Assembly: GCA_964016885.1 (NCBI GenBank)
Contig: CAXHJY010001255.1
Span: 1-64,000 of the forward strand
Origin: Eledone cirrhosa
Taxonomy: Eukaryota
Length of the DNA stretch: 64,000 nucleotides
Direction of reading: 5' to 3'
Part shown: piece by piece, positions 38,960 to 52,826 of the stretch
Numbering within the stretch: the first letter of the stretch is position 1
Layout of the letters: each line of letters begins with the position of its first letter
The notes under the pieces: model-generated
What the model was told of the DNA's origin: nothing
What the model saw: only the letters and a program-made list of their open reading frames with translations
The model's database searches: none
Made by a program: the position numbers and the translations under genes

Positions 38960-41900
38960 ATCAATGTGAGCAGAATGAAAAGAAGAACAGAAGAGATTGT
39001 AGAGAAAGACTTCTTGCAGGTAAAAAGCAATGCTACAAATTTTTCTATGTGGGAAATGACAATGTACTGGGGAGAGTAGGTATCTTATTAGCTGACAAAT
39101 GGGTAGATAAGGTAATCTCCATAAATTGAGTGAAAGTAAGAATCATTAAACTCTGACAAGCCCTAACTAGAACAATGACCACAATTATATCTGCTTATGC
39201 ACCCCAATTGGGTTGATAGGTTTTACAAATTCCTAAAGGACAACTGCACAAACGGATGACTGACTTCCTAATCATTGTGGGGGACTTTAATGGACACGTT
39301 GGAAAACACTGTGGCAGCTTCTACAGAGTCCATGGAGGCTACGGGTTTAGCGCAAAAAATTAAGGTTTCAGGTTCCTAGAATTCTATGACACCTATGGCC
39401 TATCGATATGTAACAAACTTCAAAAAACGCGACAACCACCTGATCACCGATAGATCTGGTGAACATGTTAGTTATAATATATCCTAATTAGAGGACGAGA
39501 TAGAGTGAGTGACAGTGGTAAACATGAAATCCTTCTCTGGTGAGGAATGCACCTCCCAACGTAACCTAGTAGTTAGTGACTTCATTGTCAGAGCTAGACA
39601 AACTTGGAGATGGTGGGCAACCTGGATGAGAAGGATATAGAAGTTAAAAGAGCCCTCAACCATAACAAATTTAGAAATATTTTGCTTGATGCCTATGACA
39701 GTAAGGAAGAACAGATAGCGACATTCAATGCAGAAGAGCATTGAGAGATCCTGAAAGATAATTTACTGAAGGCAACAGATATGATCTGTGGATGGAACAG
39801 GGCTACAGAGAAAAGGGGAGTGACTTGGTGATGGAACAATAATGTAGATATGACAATTAAGGCCAAGAGACGGGCATGGAAAAAAATGGAAGAATGGAGG
39901 AAGCAGGGTACACTACATAAAGGCCAGGAGAGATGCTAGATGACAAGTATACTTAGCAAGGAAGGAAGCAGAAGATAAAAAAATTCAAGCATGTTTTGCA
40001 GCGTGAAGACTAGAAACATAAGGTGTTCAGGATTGTGAGGGAGTACATTAGGGAAAATTGTGATGTCATCGGTGAGAAGTGTGCCCGTGATGATAAAGGT
40101 ACACTTGCCCTGACAGGTGCTGAGAAGACAGTTGCATGGAAGAACCATTATGAAAGATTACTGAATGAGGAGAATGCATGGGAGAAAAAGACCCTCTCTC
40201 AAGTGGACCCTACAGAGGGCTCAGCCATACAAGTCAGCAGTGTAGTAGTTAAGGATATGAAGACCGAGAAAGTAGCCGGTCCATCAGGAATAGTTGCCAA
40301 GATGCTGAAGGCATCTGGGTCGGAAAACCAAATAATACTAAATGGTGTCATACCGAATGATTGATGCATTGTTGTCAACTGCTACAAGGTAAAGGATATG
40401 CATTAGCTAAAGGTAACTATAGAGGTATAAAGCTGATGACCAGGTCATGAAAGTATCAGAAAAAGTTATAGCACAACTGATTAGGGTCTGAGTAAATCTA
40501 GACGAGATGCAGTTCGGATTTGTACCAGGTAAAAAAGCACCACAGATGCTCTCTTTCTGGTGAAAGCAGCTACAGGAAAAGTATCAAGCTACAAGTAAGC
40601 CACTCTACTTGGCAATTGTTGATCTGGAGAAAGCTTTTGACAGAGTTCTCCGTGTCATAATCTGGTGGGCTCTTAGAAAATTAGGAGTAGATGAGTGGCT
40701 TGTGAAGTTAGGATTAACAATGACTATAGCAAAGAATTTAGCGTACAGGTTGGCGTCCAACACAGCTCTGTTCTTAGCCCTCTACTGTTTATTATCATAC
40801 CGCAGGCTATAACAGATGAGTTTAAGACTGGCTTCCATGGGAATTCCTGTACGCAGATGATCTTACAATCATAGCTGAGTCTATGGCAGAATTAGAGAAA
40901 TTCCAAATCTGGAAGTATGACCTAGAAACAAAGGGTCTTAAAGTCAACCTGACAAAGACTAAGGTCCTAGTAAGTAGAAAGGAAAACAGAGCCCTGATCC
41001 CCTCGGAGAAATGGCCTTGCTCAGTGTGTAAGACAGGTGTATATAGAAATTCCATCCTCTATCCCAAATGCAAACTATGGGTATACAAGAGATGTAGTGG
41101 GACCTCAGGTACTTTAGCTAAGAATGTAGGTTTTACATGTAGCCTTTGTACTGGAGCAGTTAGCATCAAATGACCACAGGAAAGAAACACTACAAATTCT
41201 GGGATGGTTTGGTAGAAGCAGTAGGCAGCATCTGCTACCTTGGTGATCGAATTAGCAGTGGAGGTGGGTGTTCTGAAAGTACAGTAGCCAGAGAGAGAAC
41301 AAGATAGAAGAATTTCAGGGAGCTACTACCGCTGTTAGCTACAAAAGGCTTTTCCCTCAAAATGAAAGGCAGACTGTATGATGCATGTATACGAACAGCA
41401 ATGTTAAATGGTAGTGAGACCTGGGTTGTGTGTGCAGAAGATTTGCGTAGATTAGAAAGAAACAAAGCCTGCATGCTCCGATGGATGTGTAATAATAATA
41501 TACGTGACCAGCAAAGAATAAGTAAACTGAGAGAGCAACTAAGCATAAGAGGAATCAGATGCAATGTGCAGGAGAGGACATTGCATTGGTATGGACATGT
41601 GATGCATATGAAGCATATAAAAAGCTATATAAAATGGTGCAGAGCGCTCAAAATTGATGGAAGCCATGGAGTGGGCAGACCCAGGAAGACTTGGGATGAG
41701 GTGATAACAGCCCACTGTGCTTAATTGCACCTCTCAAAGGCGATGACATAAGACCGACATATCTGCCATTATGTGGTAATACAGAAGACCAACCTTCCCA
41801 TGGGCACAGTGTTCCTGAAGTGCACACCACCCTCACCTCCACCTCACTCTTCCATACATCTCCCATGAGGACAGGCTGAAGCTTACATCTAGTGAAGCTT

Positions 41901-42340
41901 CCAGCCCACACTGTAAAGTGGTCATGATGGTGACATGACAAAAAGCACCCAGCCCACACCATAAAGTGGTCATGATGGGAACATGAGAAAAAGCACCCAG
42001 CCTACTCAGTGAAGTGCTCATGGTGGGTACATGACAAAAAGCACCCACACTGTAAAGTGGTCATGGTGGGGACATGACAAAAAGCACCCAGCCCACACTG
42101 TAAAGTGGTTGTGATGGCGACATGAGAAAAAGCACCCAGTACTCACTGTAAATGTGGTTGGCATTAGGTAGGGCATCCAGCTGTAAAATCCAAGCCAAAA
42201 TCAGTTCTGTATGAGCAAGACATGGCCACCTGACCTGGCATTTCTCACAACAGGACAACTTGTCTTAACTCATTCTAGCATGAAAAAAATGGACGTTAAA
42301 TGGTGGTGGTGGTGGTGATGATGATGATGATGATGATACC
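38960..42340 (+). mobile_element. Near full-length decayed RTE LINE (APE endonuclease, RT, 3' UTR, (GAT)n tail)
   Basis: SAYAPQ, GDFNGHVG, DLEKAFDRV, EFLYADDL, PHD-like finger, WYGHVM, GRPRKTWDE; ~45-bp tandem units at 41900-42160; many stops. Confidence 0.9.
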
Positions 42341-42635
42341 AACCCATCTGAAAAGGCCCTAATTTTATGATAATTAACTGATCATTTGAAAGTCTTTGTA
42401 TTCATGTTAAGACCGTCCATCATAATTTTATTTAAGAAATTTGTTAAGTAATCTTCCAAGCATTAGCTTACTAATGAAAAATTTTAAATTTATTTATTAA
42501 GTTCCTTAATATTTTCAATTATTTTCAAAATTCATTGAAACATCGAAGGGTATTTCATTAGAAATATAGTAACAAAAAGGTAAAACCAGTTTTAGTGTAT
42601 TTTAACAGTTAAAGCAACAGTAACAACAGCCATTT

Positions 42636-42791
42636 AATAATTGTTTTTACTTTTGGCAGAAGGCCAGCAATTACCCAGTACATTACTGGTACTATATTTT
42701 ATTGACTTCGTAAGGATGAAAGGCAAAGTTAACCTCGGGGGGATTTGAACTCAGATCGTAAAGGGACGTAACTATGCTACCGATACTGCCA
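42636..42791 (-). mobile_element. SINE copy (family of 20058), internally deleted
   Basis: Matches 38300-38480. Confidence 0.8.
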
Positions 42792-45032
42792 AATAATGTC
42801 ATTCTCTCCTACAAGTCTCAAAGGCTTTGGAAAAAGGTCATGAGATTTGCCCTTCCATCCCTGATTAAACAGTAAAAAAATTGAGGTAAGATGTTGCCCC
42901 TACAAACCAAGAGTTGAAGGACACTCACAACTAAAGAATTCAAAAACTGAAGTCATTGAGCATATCTAATTATCAAAGATGGTGCTTAGCCCCAGGTTGA
43001 AATTAATCAAGCAAACCCTCAATGAAAGGCATCCATGCAGTATATGCCAAAATATTAGATAGAGCTACATTAGTCAATAATAGAATTCTACACAAAACAA
43101 AGTGAACATATCAGTATATAAACCAAACAGTAACACAGATACAGTATACATGAACTAACTATGACTGCCACGCTTCAACCATTGAGAAACTTTACATTAG
43201 ATGTCTGCAATTTTCTACCACTCCCATGATACTTTACAACCACTGCTAAGCACATGACTAATATGCCATGAGTGTGACCATTCTGATTCTGAAGATGGAG
43301 TTGTGAAGGCTTCAAAATGTTAACACACACATGGATTTAGATATGGTACTGTTCCAAACTAAACAGAGAACTAATAAAGGAATACAAAGCATCCTTGATA
43401 AAAGTGATCAAACGAGATCTCCATCGTGTTTTCAATAACATGCACACCTATATATGTGTGTATGTTTATATGACAGGTCCAGCCCATGCCAGTATGGAAA
43501 ATGGACATAAAATCATGACGATGCCATGCTCTGTAGTTTCTGTATACCAATTTTAACTGCAAGACTTTGTCAACCTGAGACTATAGAAAAAGACACTTGC
43601 CCAGGGTATCACTCAGAGAGATAGAACCTGAAAACCATGGGGTTTGCAAAGTAACTTAACCAGACAACAATGCCTGCACATACATAATAAACATTTTACA
43701 AGGTGCTTAATAAAATATCTGCAAGTGATATTTTCCATATCTATTATGTTGGTGTTGACCAATGAAATCTCACAATCATTCATGTTATGAGATTTTAACC
43801 AAGATTTTTTTCATTTAAATATGGAAACTGTGATATAGCTGGTCTCAAATAGCTTAGTATAAAGAATAATGATCAATGTACAGAAAGCTGTATATTGGTT
43901 TCTATATTTTTAAAAATATTAAAAAACTGGTTCATTAATTCAGATGTTTATAGTGAACAAGTGGTTGGTGTGAAAATTTGCCGTAAACTGAAGTAAAGAA
44001 AGATGTTAATGTTGAATGTGATGCAGTCAGTGCTATTTTGTACTTTTTAAGAATGTTTTCATGCTGTACAAGATGTTAAGAGCTAAGCTGCACTTATTAA
44101 CTTCTATCAAAATTAATAATTCTTACAATAGGAGAAATATGAAAGAGAGAGAGTTTGTGTGCATGTGTTGTATGTGTATGTTTGAGAGAATTGGTAGGTG
44201 TGTATGTATGTTACATACAGTCTTAACAGTACATAAGCAGAATACATTCAAATAACACACACACATACAATTGGACTTTGAAAGAGACTCCCTGACCATA
44301 AATAATTAACAAATAGAAACCATTTAGCTGCTTTATTTCTTTACAAAGGAAGAAGTAAAACAAAACAGCTATGGAGAGGTAAACAATCAGATCGGTAAAT
44401 TCATACAAAATATATCAGTTTCTAATAACTAAGAGTACAACAATGCACAGTCTTTTCATATGAAAATATTTGGATTTGCAACCATTCAAACCAATTGAAT
44501 GCTATTTGTAGACTGGCATTGTTTCACATGAAACAGTAAACCATTTATGACTAGGTGCTACTTTCAAATTTCTAGAGAACAAGGCAAGGGCACTAGAAAA
44601 GTTCTCAGAACCTCATTTTGATCTATAACTGAAACTCAGATATGTGAGAACTTAATGAGAAATAATGAGATTTGAGTTCTAATTTCATGTAGTGATTTCA
44701 CTTAAGGCTTTCTTTTTTTTTTATGCAATCAATCTTGAAAGGACAAAAAGGCCAAGCTAATGTCAACAAGACTTGATTGAAGGCAGAGTGCAAAGAGACG
44801 GACATTTGATTTAATGCTCTTACTACATAAGTATGTTAAGTCCTTTGGACAAAGCATTAATCTGCTTCCTGGGACAAGTCTAATGGCAGGAGCCAATAAC
44901 ATGATAATTTATAAGATTATTACATCAATGCTAACACAGAAAAATATGTTATACAGAAAAATGATTTGTGTGGCTCAATAAATCCACTCCCCCTATTCAC
45001 TTCAATTAACACTGCCAGTCATTGAAAGATGG

Positions 45033-45270
45033 GTACTATAACGGCGGTGAAGATTCGAAACCGAATCTGAGCTTTCCTGCCTCTGGGACAAGCTGTGGTT
45101 AGTTGTTTACGCCCGGCAGACCAACCCCTTGGGAGATGCTAAACACAGGTCAGATGTTGTTTAGCATCTCCCAAGGGGTTGGTCTGCCAGGCGTAAACAA
45201 CTAACTACAGTTTGTCCCAGAGGCGGGAAAGCTCAGATTCGGTTTCGAATCTTTGCCGCCGTTATAGTAC
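45033..45270. repeat. Near-perfect palindrome / MITE-like hairpin (~113-bp arms)
   Basis: GTACTATAACGGCGG...TGCTAAACA, a ~12-nt loop, then TGTTTAGCA...CCGCCGTTATAGTAC; six mismatches, all transitions. Confidence 0.9.
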
Positions 45271-45834
45271 TGATGACACAGTTTCTATGCTGTTTCCAGC
45301 CAAATTTACCTTTCATAACCTCGAGCTGGTCTTACTGGGAAGAAAAAGAAAAATGAGGAGAAAGAGGGGAAGGAGAAAAGGGAGAAGGAAAGAAGATGGG
45401 AGGAGGAGGGGTGGAGGAATGAAATACCAATTCAGGACAGTGGACTGACTGCATCAGATGGAATGTTTTGTAGATCTGTTCCATCTGTGTGCTTCAGAGT
45501 TAAAATTTTACCTCCTGTTACAGGAAAAATTATGACAGGACTAAAGCTCCTCACTTTAAAACAACCAAGATACTTATGAGATGCATCCGCATAGGAAGCT
45601 GGCTAAACCCATAAAGACATGAGCCATAACAACATTGTTGAGCTGTGTCCTTCTTACAGTCTCCTCCTCAATGATCCCTGCTGTTTCGAAGCTGTTGAAT
45701 CTACGTGCTCATCAATTTAAACATACTTGATACAACTAAATGCTTTTTAATTTCCTATCAACTACCCAGAGTGTTCAATCTCTCACCCCAAAAACTGCAT
45801 CTCTTAGGATTTCCTTCTCTGTCAACATTTTCCT

Positions 45835-45910
45835 CTTGAGCAGTTAATACTTGCTTTGAATTGTTGTAGGTTAAAAACCTACAATTCAAAGCAAGCATTA
45901 ACTGCTCAAG
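45835..45910. repeat. 76-nt hairpin
   Basis: CTTGAGCAGTTAATACTTGCTTTGAATTG..TAGGTT pairs with AACCTACAATTCAAAGCAAGCATTAACTGCTCAAG. Confidence 0.85.
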
Positions 45911-46925
45911 TTCCACTCACTTATACCTATCCCACTACATCCAGTCTAGGTCTGAACAGCAGACTTAAAATTCAAGCCCATGCAAGTCTAAACAAATACA
46001 AACACTGTACTCCCTCTTCATTCTAATTACAGGCCATTGGCTGATGATTTATCTAATGTATGTAACATTAAAAATCTGCACTAGAAATAAATATAAGGTG
46101 ACAACAATAACAAGTGTTTTAAGGCCATTTCCGTGCTAAAACAGGGGTTAGCCTAGTGGGTCCTATGATGGAATTCACTCATCATTGGGGTCTTTTTTAA
46201 GGCAACATTTTACAGTCAGATGCCCTTCCGGTCCCAAGCTTTTTAGTTGGCCCTTACAACATGCAGGGATATATGGTGTACCTATTCTAAACTGTAGAAA
46301 TAAATATACAGTAAGAAAAAGAATATTAGTCAATAATATTCTATTATTTTTCAAGTGAAAATAGGACAAAAATCCAGACATGGTTCTACCTTTCCTTGGC
46401 TTTATCAGTGTAACTTCCCAAATTAACTGAATATAAATAACAGAAAAACATGTATAAAATAGATTTTTTTTTTTTTTTAAGTTGCTTAAAAAAAGCAAGA
46501 GTGAACTTAATTTAGGTTAAGGAATTTACATAACTTTTGCCACACTAGCACACTACACCTTGTGCTCAAATATATAAAGTGACATCTTTCTCATGCCCCA
46601 GAAGAAGAATAAAAATGTGTGTGTGTTTGTATTTATAAGACTAAACTGAAATAATTTCAATCATAAATGTCAAAGTATTTTAAACATATGTATGAAATGG
46701 AGGAAGGCATGGTGATAATGCCTGTGTAGGTATGTGTATGTGCTCTGCTGTGGGCAACATCAGTTAAAACTGGGACACAAGTCAAGATTGCTACAAAAAA
46801 AGAGAATGTCTTAATGTGACATTTCCCAACAACTTTAAAGCAAAGTTTGTTAGAATGTGTGTGTGTGTGTGTGTGTGTATGTGTGTGTGTATGTGTGTGT
46901 GTGTGTATGTGTGTGTGTGTGTATG

Positions 46926-46965
<40 letters not shown>

Positions 46966-46999
46966 TACTTGAGGAAGGTCATATTGTTGTAATATTGCC

Positions 47000-47440
47000 A
47001 GAAATGATAACAGAACACACTCACTGTTTGGTTGGTTTTCGCTTCTGTATCTTTTATATCTCCACAGTTAATTCATTCGGTCCTCAATGTTTACCATTGA
47101 CTGACCAACGATAAAAAATACAAATATAATATAGATATAAACACACATATATATAGTCTAACAAAGTTCTTTTGTTGCACATCTTCAACATCATCAGTGG
47201 TACTATTATGTTCCTCCTGTTGTATTGTATGTCTACGAAGATGTGCAACGAAAGAACTTTGTTAGACTACATATATGTGTTTATATATGACCAACGATCA
47301 AAAATACAGTTTATATCTGTATTTTTTATCGTTGGTCAGTCAATGGTAAACATTGAGGACCGAATGAATTAACCGTGGAGATATAAAAGATACAGAAGTG
47401 AAAACCTACGAAACAGTGAGTGTGTTCTGTTATCATTTCT
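47000..47440. mobile_element. Foldback element with ~185-bp inverted arms
   Basis: AGAAATGATAACAGAACACACTCACTGTTT...GTTGCACATCTTC pairs with GAAGATGTGCAAC...AAACAGTGAGTGTGTTCTGTTATCATTTCT across a ~50-nt spacer. Confidence 0.85.
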
Positions 47441-47446
47441 TGATTA

Positions 47447-47620
47447 TTGGCAGTATCAGGAGAGGGTCGGACGACGCCGTGCTTTCACGCCTTTGCCATT
47501 CTGAGTTCAAATCTCGTTGAGGTTAACTTTGCCTTTCATCCTTACGGGGTCGATAAAATAAAGTACCAGTAATGCACTGGATAATTGCTGGCCTTGTGCC
47601 AAAAGTAGAAACAATTATTA
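47447..47620 (+). mobile_element. SINE copy (family of 20058)
   Basis: B box GAGTTCAAATC and the shared body and tail. Confidence 0.8.
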
Positions 47621-48479
47621 AACAATATGACCCTCCCCAAGTATAACAATATTTGTTTCGACACACGATTTCATATCAAAAACCTTGCAAAAGAAATATA
47701 TATATTGATTTGTGTGTGTATGTGTATATGTGCTTATTTATATGTGAAGTTATACACAAATATTTCACTGTTGCAAGAATTTGGACAGGTCATTTGTTTG
47801 AGGATAACTTCCTAATCGCCAATCTTAGAGGCTTTGGAAAAATTAGTCCTTTGCTACCATTTTCTAATAAAAGTCTATTACTTTAAAATAATTTACAAAA
47901 TAATCAAGAATCTGTAGGGATTTTTCCATTATCTGGTATTTGGAAATTAGGAAAGTTTTTACATAAAATTATGGATGGAAGGTTTTTTTGATAAATATTA
48001 ACATTTTAGAACAAACAGCTTTGTTTCATTGAATCAGTGCTGGTTTCAGGCAATTTGATATCAAAAAGATTAAAGAGTCATGTGTACTACTGACTTTCCC
48101 TCCTCAAAGTGTAAACAGAAACAGTTATGTTCCTTCACATTCTGAGTTCAACTTTGCCTTTATCCATCTGGTCAGGAATTCAATCGAATTCACTTGGTTA
48201 AAAATAGAAATAGATTTTCTTAGAATTCAAACTAATGGTGGCCAGCTGGCATTTTTATTGTGTGTGGGTGTGTTAAAGTGGGGTTAAATTGTGTTGAAGG
48301 GTCAGTTTAGGAATGGATATGGAATTAATCTTTTGTCTGCTTACTGAAAAGAGATAAGCTCCTAATAAGTAGCACAGAAATGAACACAACCACAAGGATA
48401 TGGGCCAAACGTGGAAGAGCCGAACTCCCACTGTCATTGCCTCCATCTCTGTATGGTGAGAAAATGGGGTCCCACGTGC

Positions 48480-50730
48480 TAGCCTCCCCTCAGCCCTGGC
48501 AAACAGAATGGAGAAGGCGTTTCCCTGGAGGAGGGTAAGGGAGATGCACTGAAAGAGCCATTCTAACTCGCGAGGCTCACACCTGCAGCTGGACAACTCA
48601 GCGCCTATGGTCGTGAGTAGGAAGGTATCCCTAGGGCCAAGGACACCAGAAGTCTCCACTGCCAAGGGCACAACCACAAACCAGTCAGAGTGACCGATAC
48701 TTGGAGAGTTTGGCCTCCTCAGTCCGACGTGCAGGAGAACCTGGGTTAGTTGCGGCTGGAGAAAGTGTCACTGCAAGTGGCATCCATGACGAGGGGTTTT
48801 CCACTGCAGAATGGGAAGATGGTCATGCTGTCCCCTCAGTCCAGCCCCATGAGGGCAGCATGGCGTAGAAGGCGGCTGGCACTGTGGTGACAGGAAAGCG
48901 GGTGGAGGCCGAAAGAGTCCATGGTGGATCCAGAGTGACATTTATGTGGCTCACAGGCCCGGAGACCAAGCCTCAGGGAAACGCCAATGCACAGGCCATT
49001 GTTATCCAGCTGCATGCCAGTGGAGAAGAAGGGTAAGGCATGGAGCCAGGCACCACCATGGGGTTTGGAGGCCACACGAAAACAAGCAAGGCGGTGCTGG
49101 TCGAGCTGGCATATGAGCCTGTCTGAGGCCAGGTTGCACTGGATGGCATCCCAAATGCTTTAGGGAGACTTGACGTCAGCAGGGGGAGAAAGAGGAGGGT
49201 TACTGGGCTAAGCCCCAGCCGGTCCCACGTCTCACAGGTGGCCTTACGTTCCTCAATCACAGACGGTTCCATTGTGTTTTGGAGAACTCTGCTAACGAGG
49301 ACACGGAATGAGGTTACCGACGAAAGAAACACCGGCAAAGCCAGCGAGATCAGGGACCTGGAGGTGATTCCCGCCAGGGCAGGAACCACCAATTGTAGGT
49401 CATGGCAGACAGTCTCTACAGGCCTACCTAACATAGTATCATCCAGGTACCAAACATTGAGAGGGGCTGTGATACTCCGGGCAATGTGGTCTATACCAAG
49501 AGCAAACAGGAGGGGGTCCAAAGGGTCACCCTGTTGGACCCCAGTGGCCGAAGGTATGACCGTATCAGCAGCAAGGAGCATGCTTGGGGCTCCATATGAC
49601 AGGTAGGCCAGCGGGTAGGCAGAGGGGGCTCGGCTGAGGCAGTCATCGAGCAGATGGTCCTGGCGTATACAGTTAAAGGCATTCCTCATGTCAAGCTTGA
49701 CAATAAGGTGCCTGGAATCCCTGGATGCCAGTTCCAGTTGGCAGCTGTTGAAGAATTGCCTGGTTGCATGTGCGGCCCCCTCACAGCCACCGGACACGCC
49801 GACACCCAGTTGCACCAGACTGAGCACCTCACCCAGTTCAGGTGTGATGGATCTGCAGACCACCTTTGCAGCCAGCCTCTGGAAGACATTGCCCACAGCG
49901 ATGGGGCGTATGTCACCTTCTTTCTTCCTGAGAGCAGTCAGGCTAGCCGAAAAAAAAAGAGGCCTCGGGCGTGAGGGTCCAGGGTGCCATGGATGAGCTT
50001 ATTGGTGAGTGCCACAATTGCACTCAGAAGGCAGTGCCCAGCCTCAGCGGACAGGGGAGACAGCAACTCTTTGAGGTGGCCAGGTCGGAGACCATCAGCA
50101 CCACCGCTGCTGCTAGCTGGGAAGGACTTGATGGCAGACATGATGTCTGCGTCAGAGGCCACAAGGAGCAAGTGGGGATCAGGTGGGGGTATGGGTCTGA
50201 GGTCAGTGGGTGGCTCAGGGTGTTTGAGTCGCAGGGCAGCCAGGACCTCCTTAGAGGATTGGAGGACAGTGTCCTCTGAGGCAACCATTCTGACATCTCC
50301 CATGATTAGTTTAGCGTTTATGCGGTCATGTAAACGCTTGGTGCTGACCTCAGGGGTGGAGGATTGAAGGCACCTGAGAGCAGGGGGTGTGGCATCCTTC
50401 GGCACGCTTGGATGAGCACTTGCCCAAAGGTCGAAACATTGGCCCTGACAAAGGCTGCTGTCGACAAGCCGACTTGGTCAGTGCCAGAGGGGCGAAATAA
50501 AAGAAGCGCTCCCAGTCGCTGGCTCGATTAGAGTCCAGAGCATTCAATTGAGAAAGCGAGGGCATCAGCTACCAGCACCCGGGTCGCTCTCGGGATCTTG
50601 AACGGAATCATCTGGAGCCGCCTGAGCTGAGCGATGTTGACCAGTGAGGCTTCGGCATCAGACAAGCTCACTGTCTCGGTTGTTCTACACCTTACATTAT
50701 ATATTTTGAATGCCTCTCGCAGGAGTTCCA
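48480..50730 (-). mobile_element. Decayed CRE-clade non-LTR retrotransposon (RT plus restriction-like endonuclease)
   Basis: GGADGLRPGHLK, GNVFQRLAAK, QLGVGVSGGCE, KLDMRNAFN, GVQQGDPL.PLLF, WYLDD, GAWLHALP, LRLG, PLAVETSG.LG, LLQGNA.SIL. Confidence 0.88.
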
Positions 50731-51627
50731 CTCAGTTGTAAGCAAGCATTCAGGCTGTGTCTCTAGTCTAAAGATATATTCCTCCTTCCTCCCTGACTAC
50801 ACCAATCAACAAAGCAAAAAAATGGGTCATCTTTCCCCAGCCCCATACCCACCCAGGCTGACTGTTAGGCATCAAGTATGTGTCACATCAAGTGAGAACT
50901 GTTAGTGTATGATTTAAAACAGCACAGATCACAGGAGCTGTGGGGAGAGGAAGAATTTAATGTTTTAATTAAACACCTCCACCTCAATAGTTTCTGCTAC
51001 AGACCCACAACATCCCTACAACCACTAAGTAAATAGTGGTTTAACACCAACAGTTCCCAAACATAGTTATTTCTATTTAATTGACACTTAGATATATACA
51101 TGGGTATGTGTTGTGGATATCTATTAGTGTATAAAGGTGTGTAAATAGGCTTGTGTATGTGTGTAAAATATGTGCATATGTGTGTGTATGTATGTATGTA
51201 TATGTGTGCATGTATATGTGCCTGTGTATATACATGTTCATGTGTGTGAATATGTACATGTGTGTATATAAGTGTAATAAATCCACCCCATACACATAAA
51301 TAGTAATTAAAATCTTACGACTACAGCCAAAATAATCTCCCAAAGTCAATCAAGTGAAGAACAATTTGTTCATGCCAGGCAGAGGGGGTGGTTGCAAGTT
51401 CCAGCTGAATGCTGAGTGTAACTGTACATGTCTGAAATATAGGCAGTTACCAACTGAAGTTTGTAAAGCTGCAGTTGAATACCTCAGGTGTAACAATACA
51501 GTTTCAACACCACACTTCCTTTATATTTGGCTTAACTACTCCTCTCACAAACAAATCTTCAAGTCACCATATCAACAATTTAATGACTACATAAATAGGT
51601 ATCATTAAATGTATTACTGTGTTTAGG

Positions 51628-51659
<32 letters not shown>

Positions 51660-51798
51660 TTATTTATAAAATGAGGACTGTATGCCTAATTATTAAAACA
51701 CCTAAGAAGCCTCTTATGTGATGCAACCTTGTCTGAACTATAACAATAATAAAAATAACTATATATACACACACAGACATATATACATGTACATCTGT

Positions 51799-51867
<69 letters not shown>

Positions 51868-51869
<2 letters not shown>

Positions 51870-52435
51870 GAATCAAAAGGCCTTAAAGTTAACTTGTCTA
51901 AGACTAAAGTTCTAGTATGTAGAAAGGAAAATAGGGCACAGGTACACCCTGGGAAATGGCCATGCCCAGTGTGTAAGAAAGGAGTAGGTAGAAGTTCCAT
52001 TCTATGTCCCAAATGCAAACAATCAGTACATAAAAGATGTAGTGGGATCACAGGTAAGCTAACTAAGAACATAGATTTTATATGTGGCCGATGCTCAGGT
52101 GCAATAAGTAACAAGAGCCCACAGGATACTAGCTCCTACTGTCCAGGTGGTTCTATAGAAATAGTGGACACTTTCTGTTACCTGGGTAGTGACAAAATAA
52201 GCAGTGGTGGAGGGTGCTCTGAAAGTACAATAGCCAAAGTTAGAACAGGATGGAAAAAGTACAGAGAGCTTATACCACTATTGGCCTCAAAAGGTTTCCC
52301 TCTAAAAATGAAAGGCAGATTGTATGATGCCTGCATACGAACAGCAATGCTACATGGCAGTGAGACGTTGACATTGTCTGCAAAGGACTTGCGCAGACTG
52401 GAAAGGAACGAAGGATGCATGCTCCGTTGAATGTG
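51868..52435 (+). pseudogene. RTE RT C-terminal fragment with PHD-like finger
   Basis: KTKVLVCRK..CPVC..CPKC..HKRC..CGRC..FCYLG..LYDACIRTAMLHGSET. Confidence 0.88.
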
Positions 52436-52607
52436 ATGATATACACATGCATTTATATATCATCATCATCACCGTTTTACATTCGTTCTTCCACGCTAGC
52501 ATAGGTTAGTCGGGTCGTCCTGTTGTGGGCAGTGTCCAGTCGGCTGACCTTGTCTTGCTCATACGATATATATACACACACACACACATATATATATATA
52601 TACACAC

Positions 52608-52638
<31 letters not shown>

Positions 52639-52774
52639 TATATACACATATATATGTATATACACACACATCTATACACACACACACACACACACACATA
52701 TATACACACACATATATATATGCACACATATCATCATCGTTTAACGTCTATCTTCCACGCTAGCATAGGTTTAG

Positions 52775-52826
<52 letters not shown>

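Noticed and set aside
51320-51432. Minus-strand exon with good splice signals
   Set aside because: Stops in all three frames; cannot be supported as coding.
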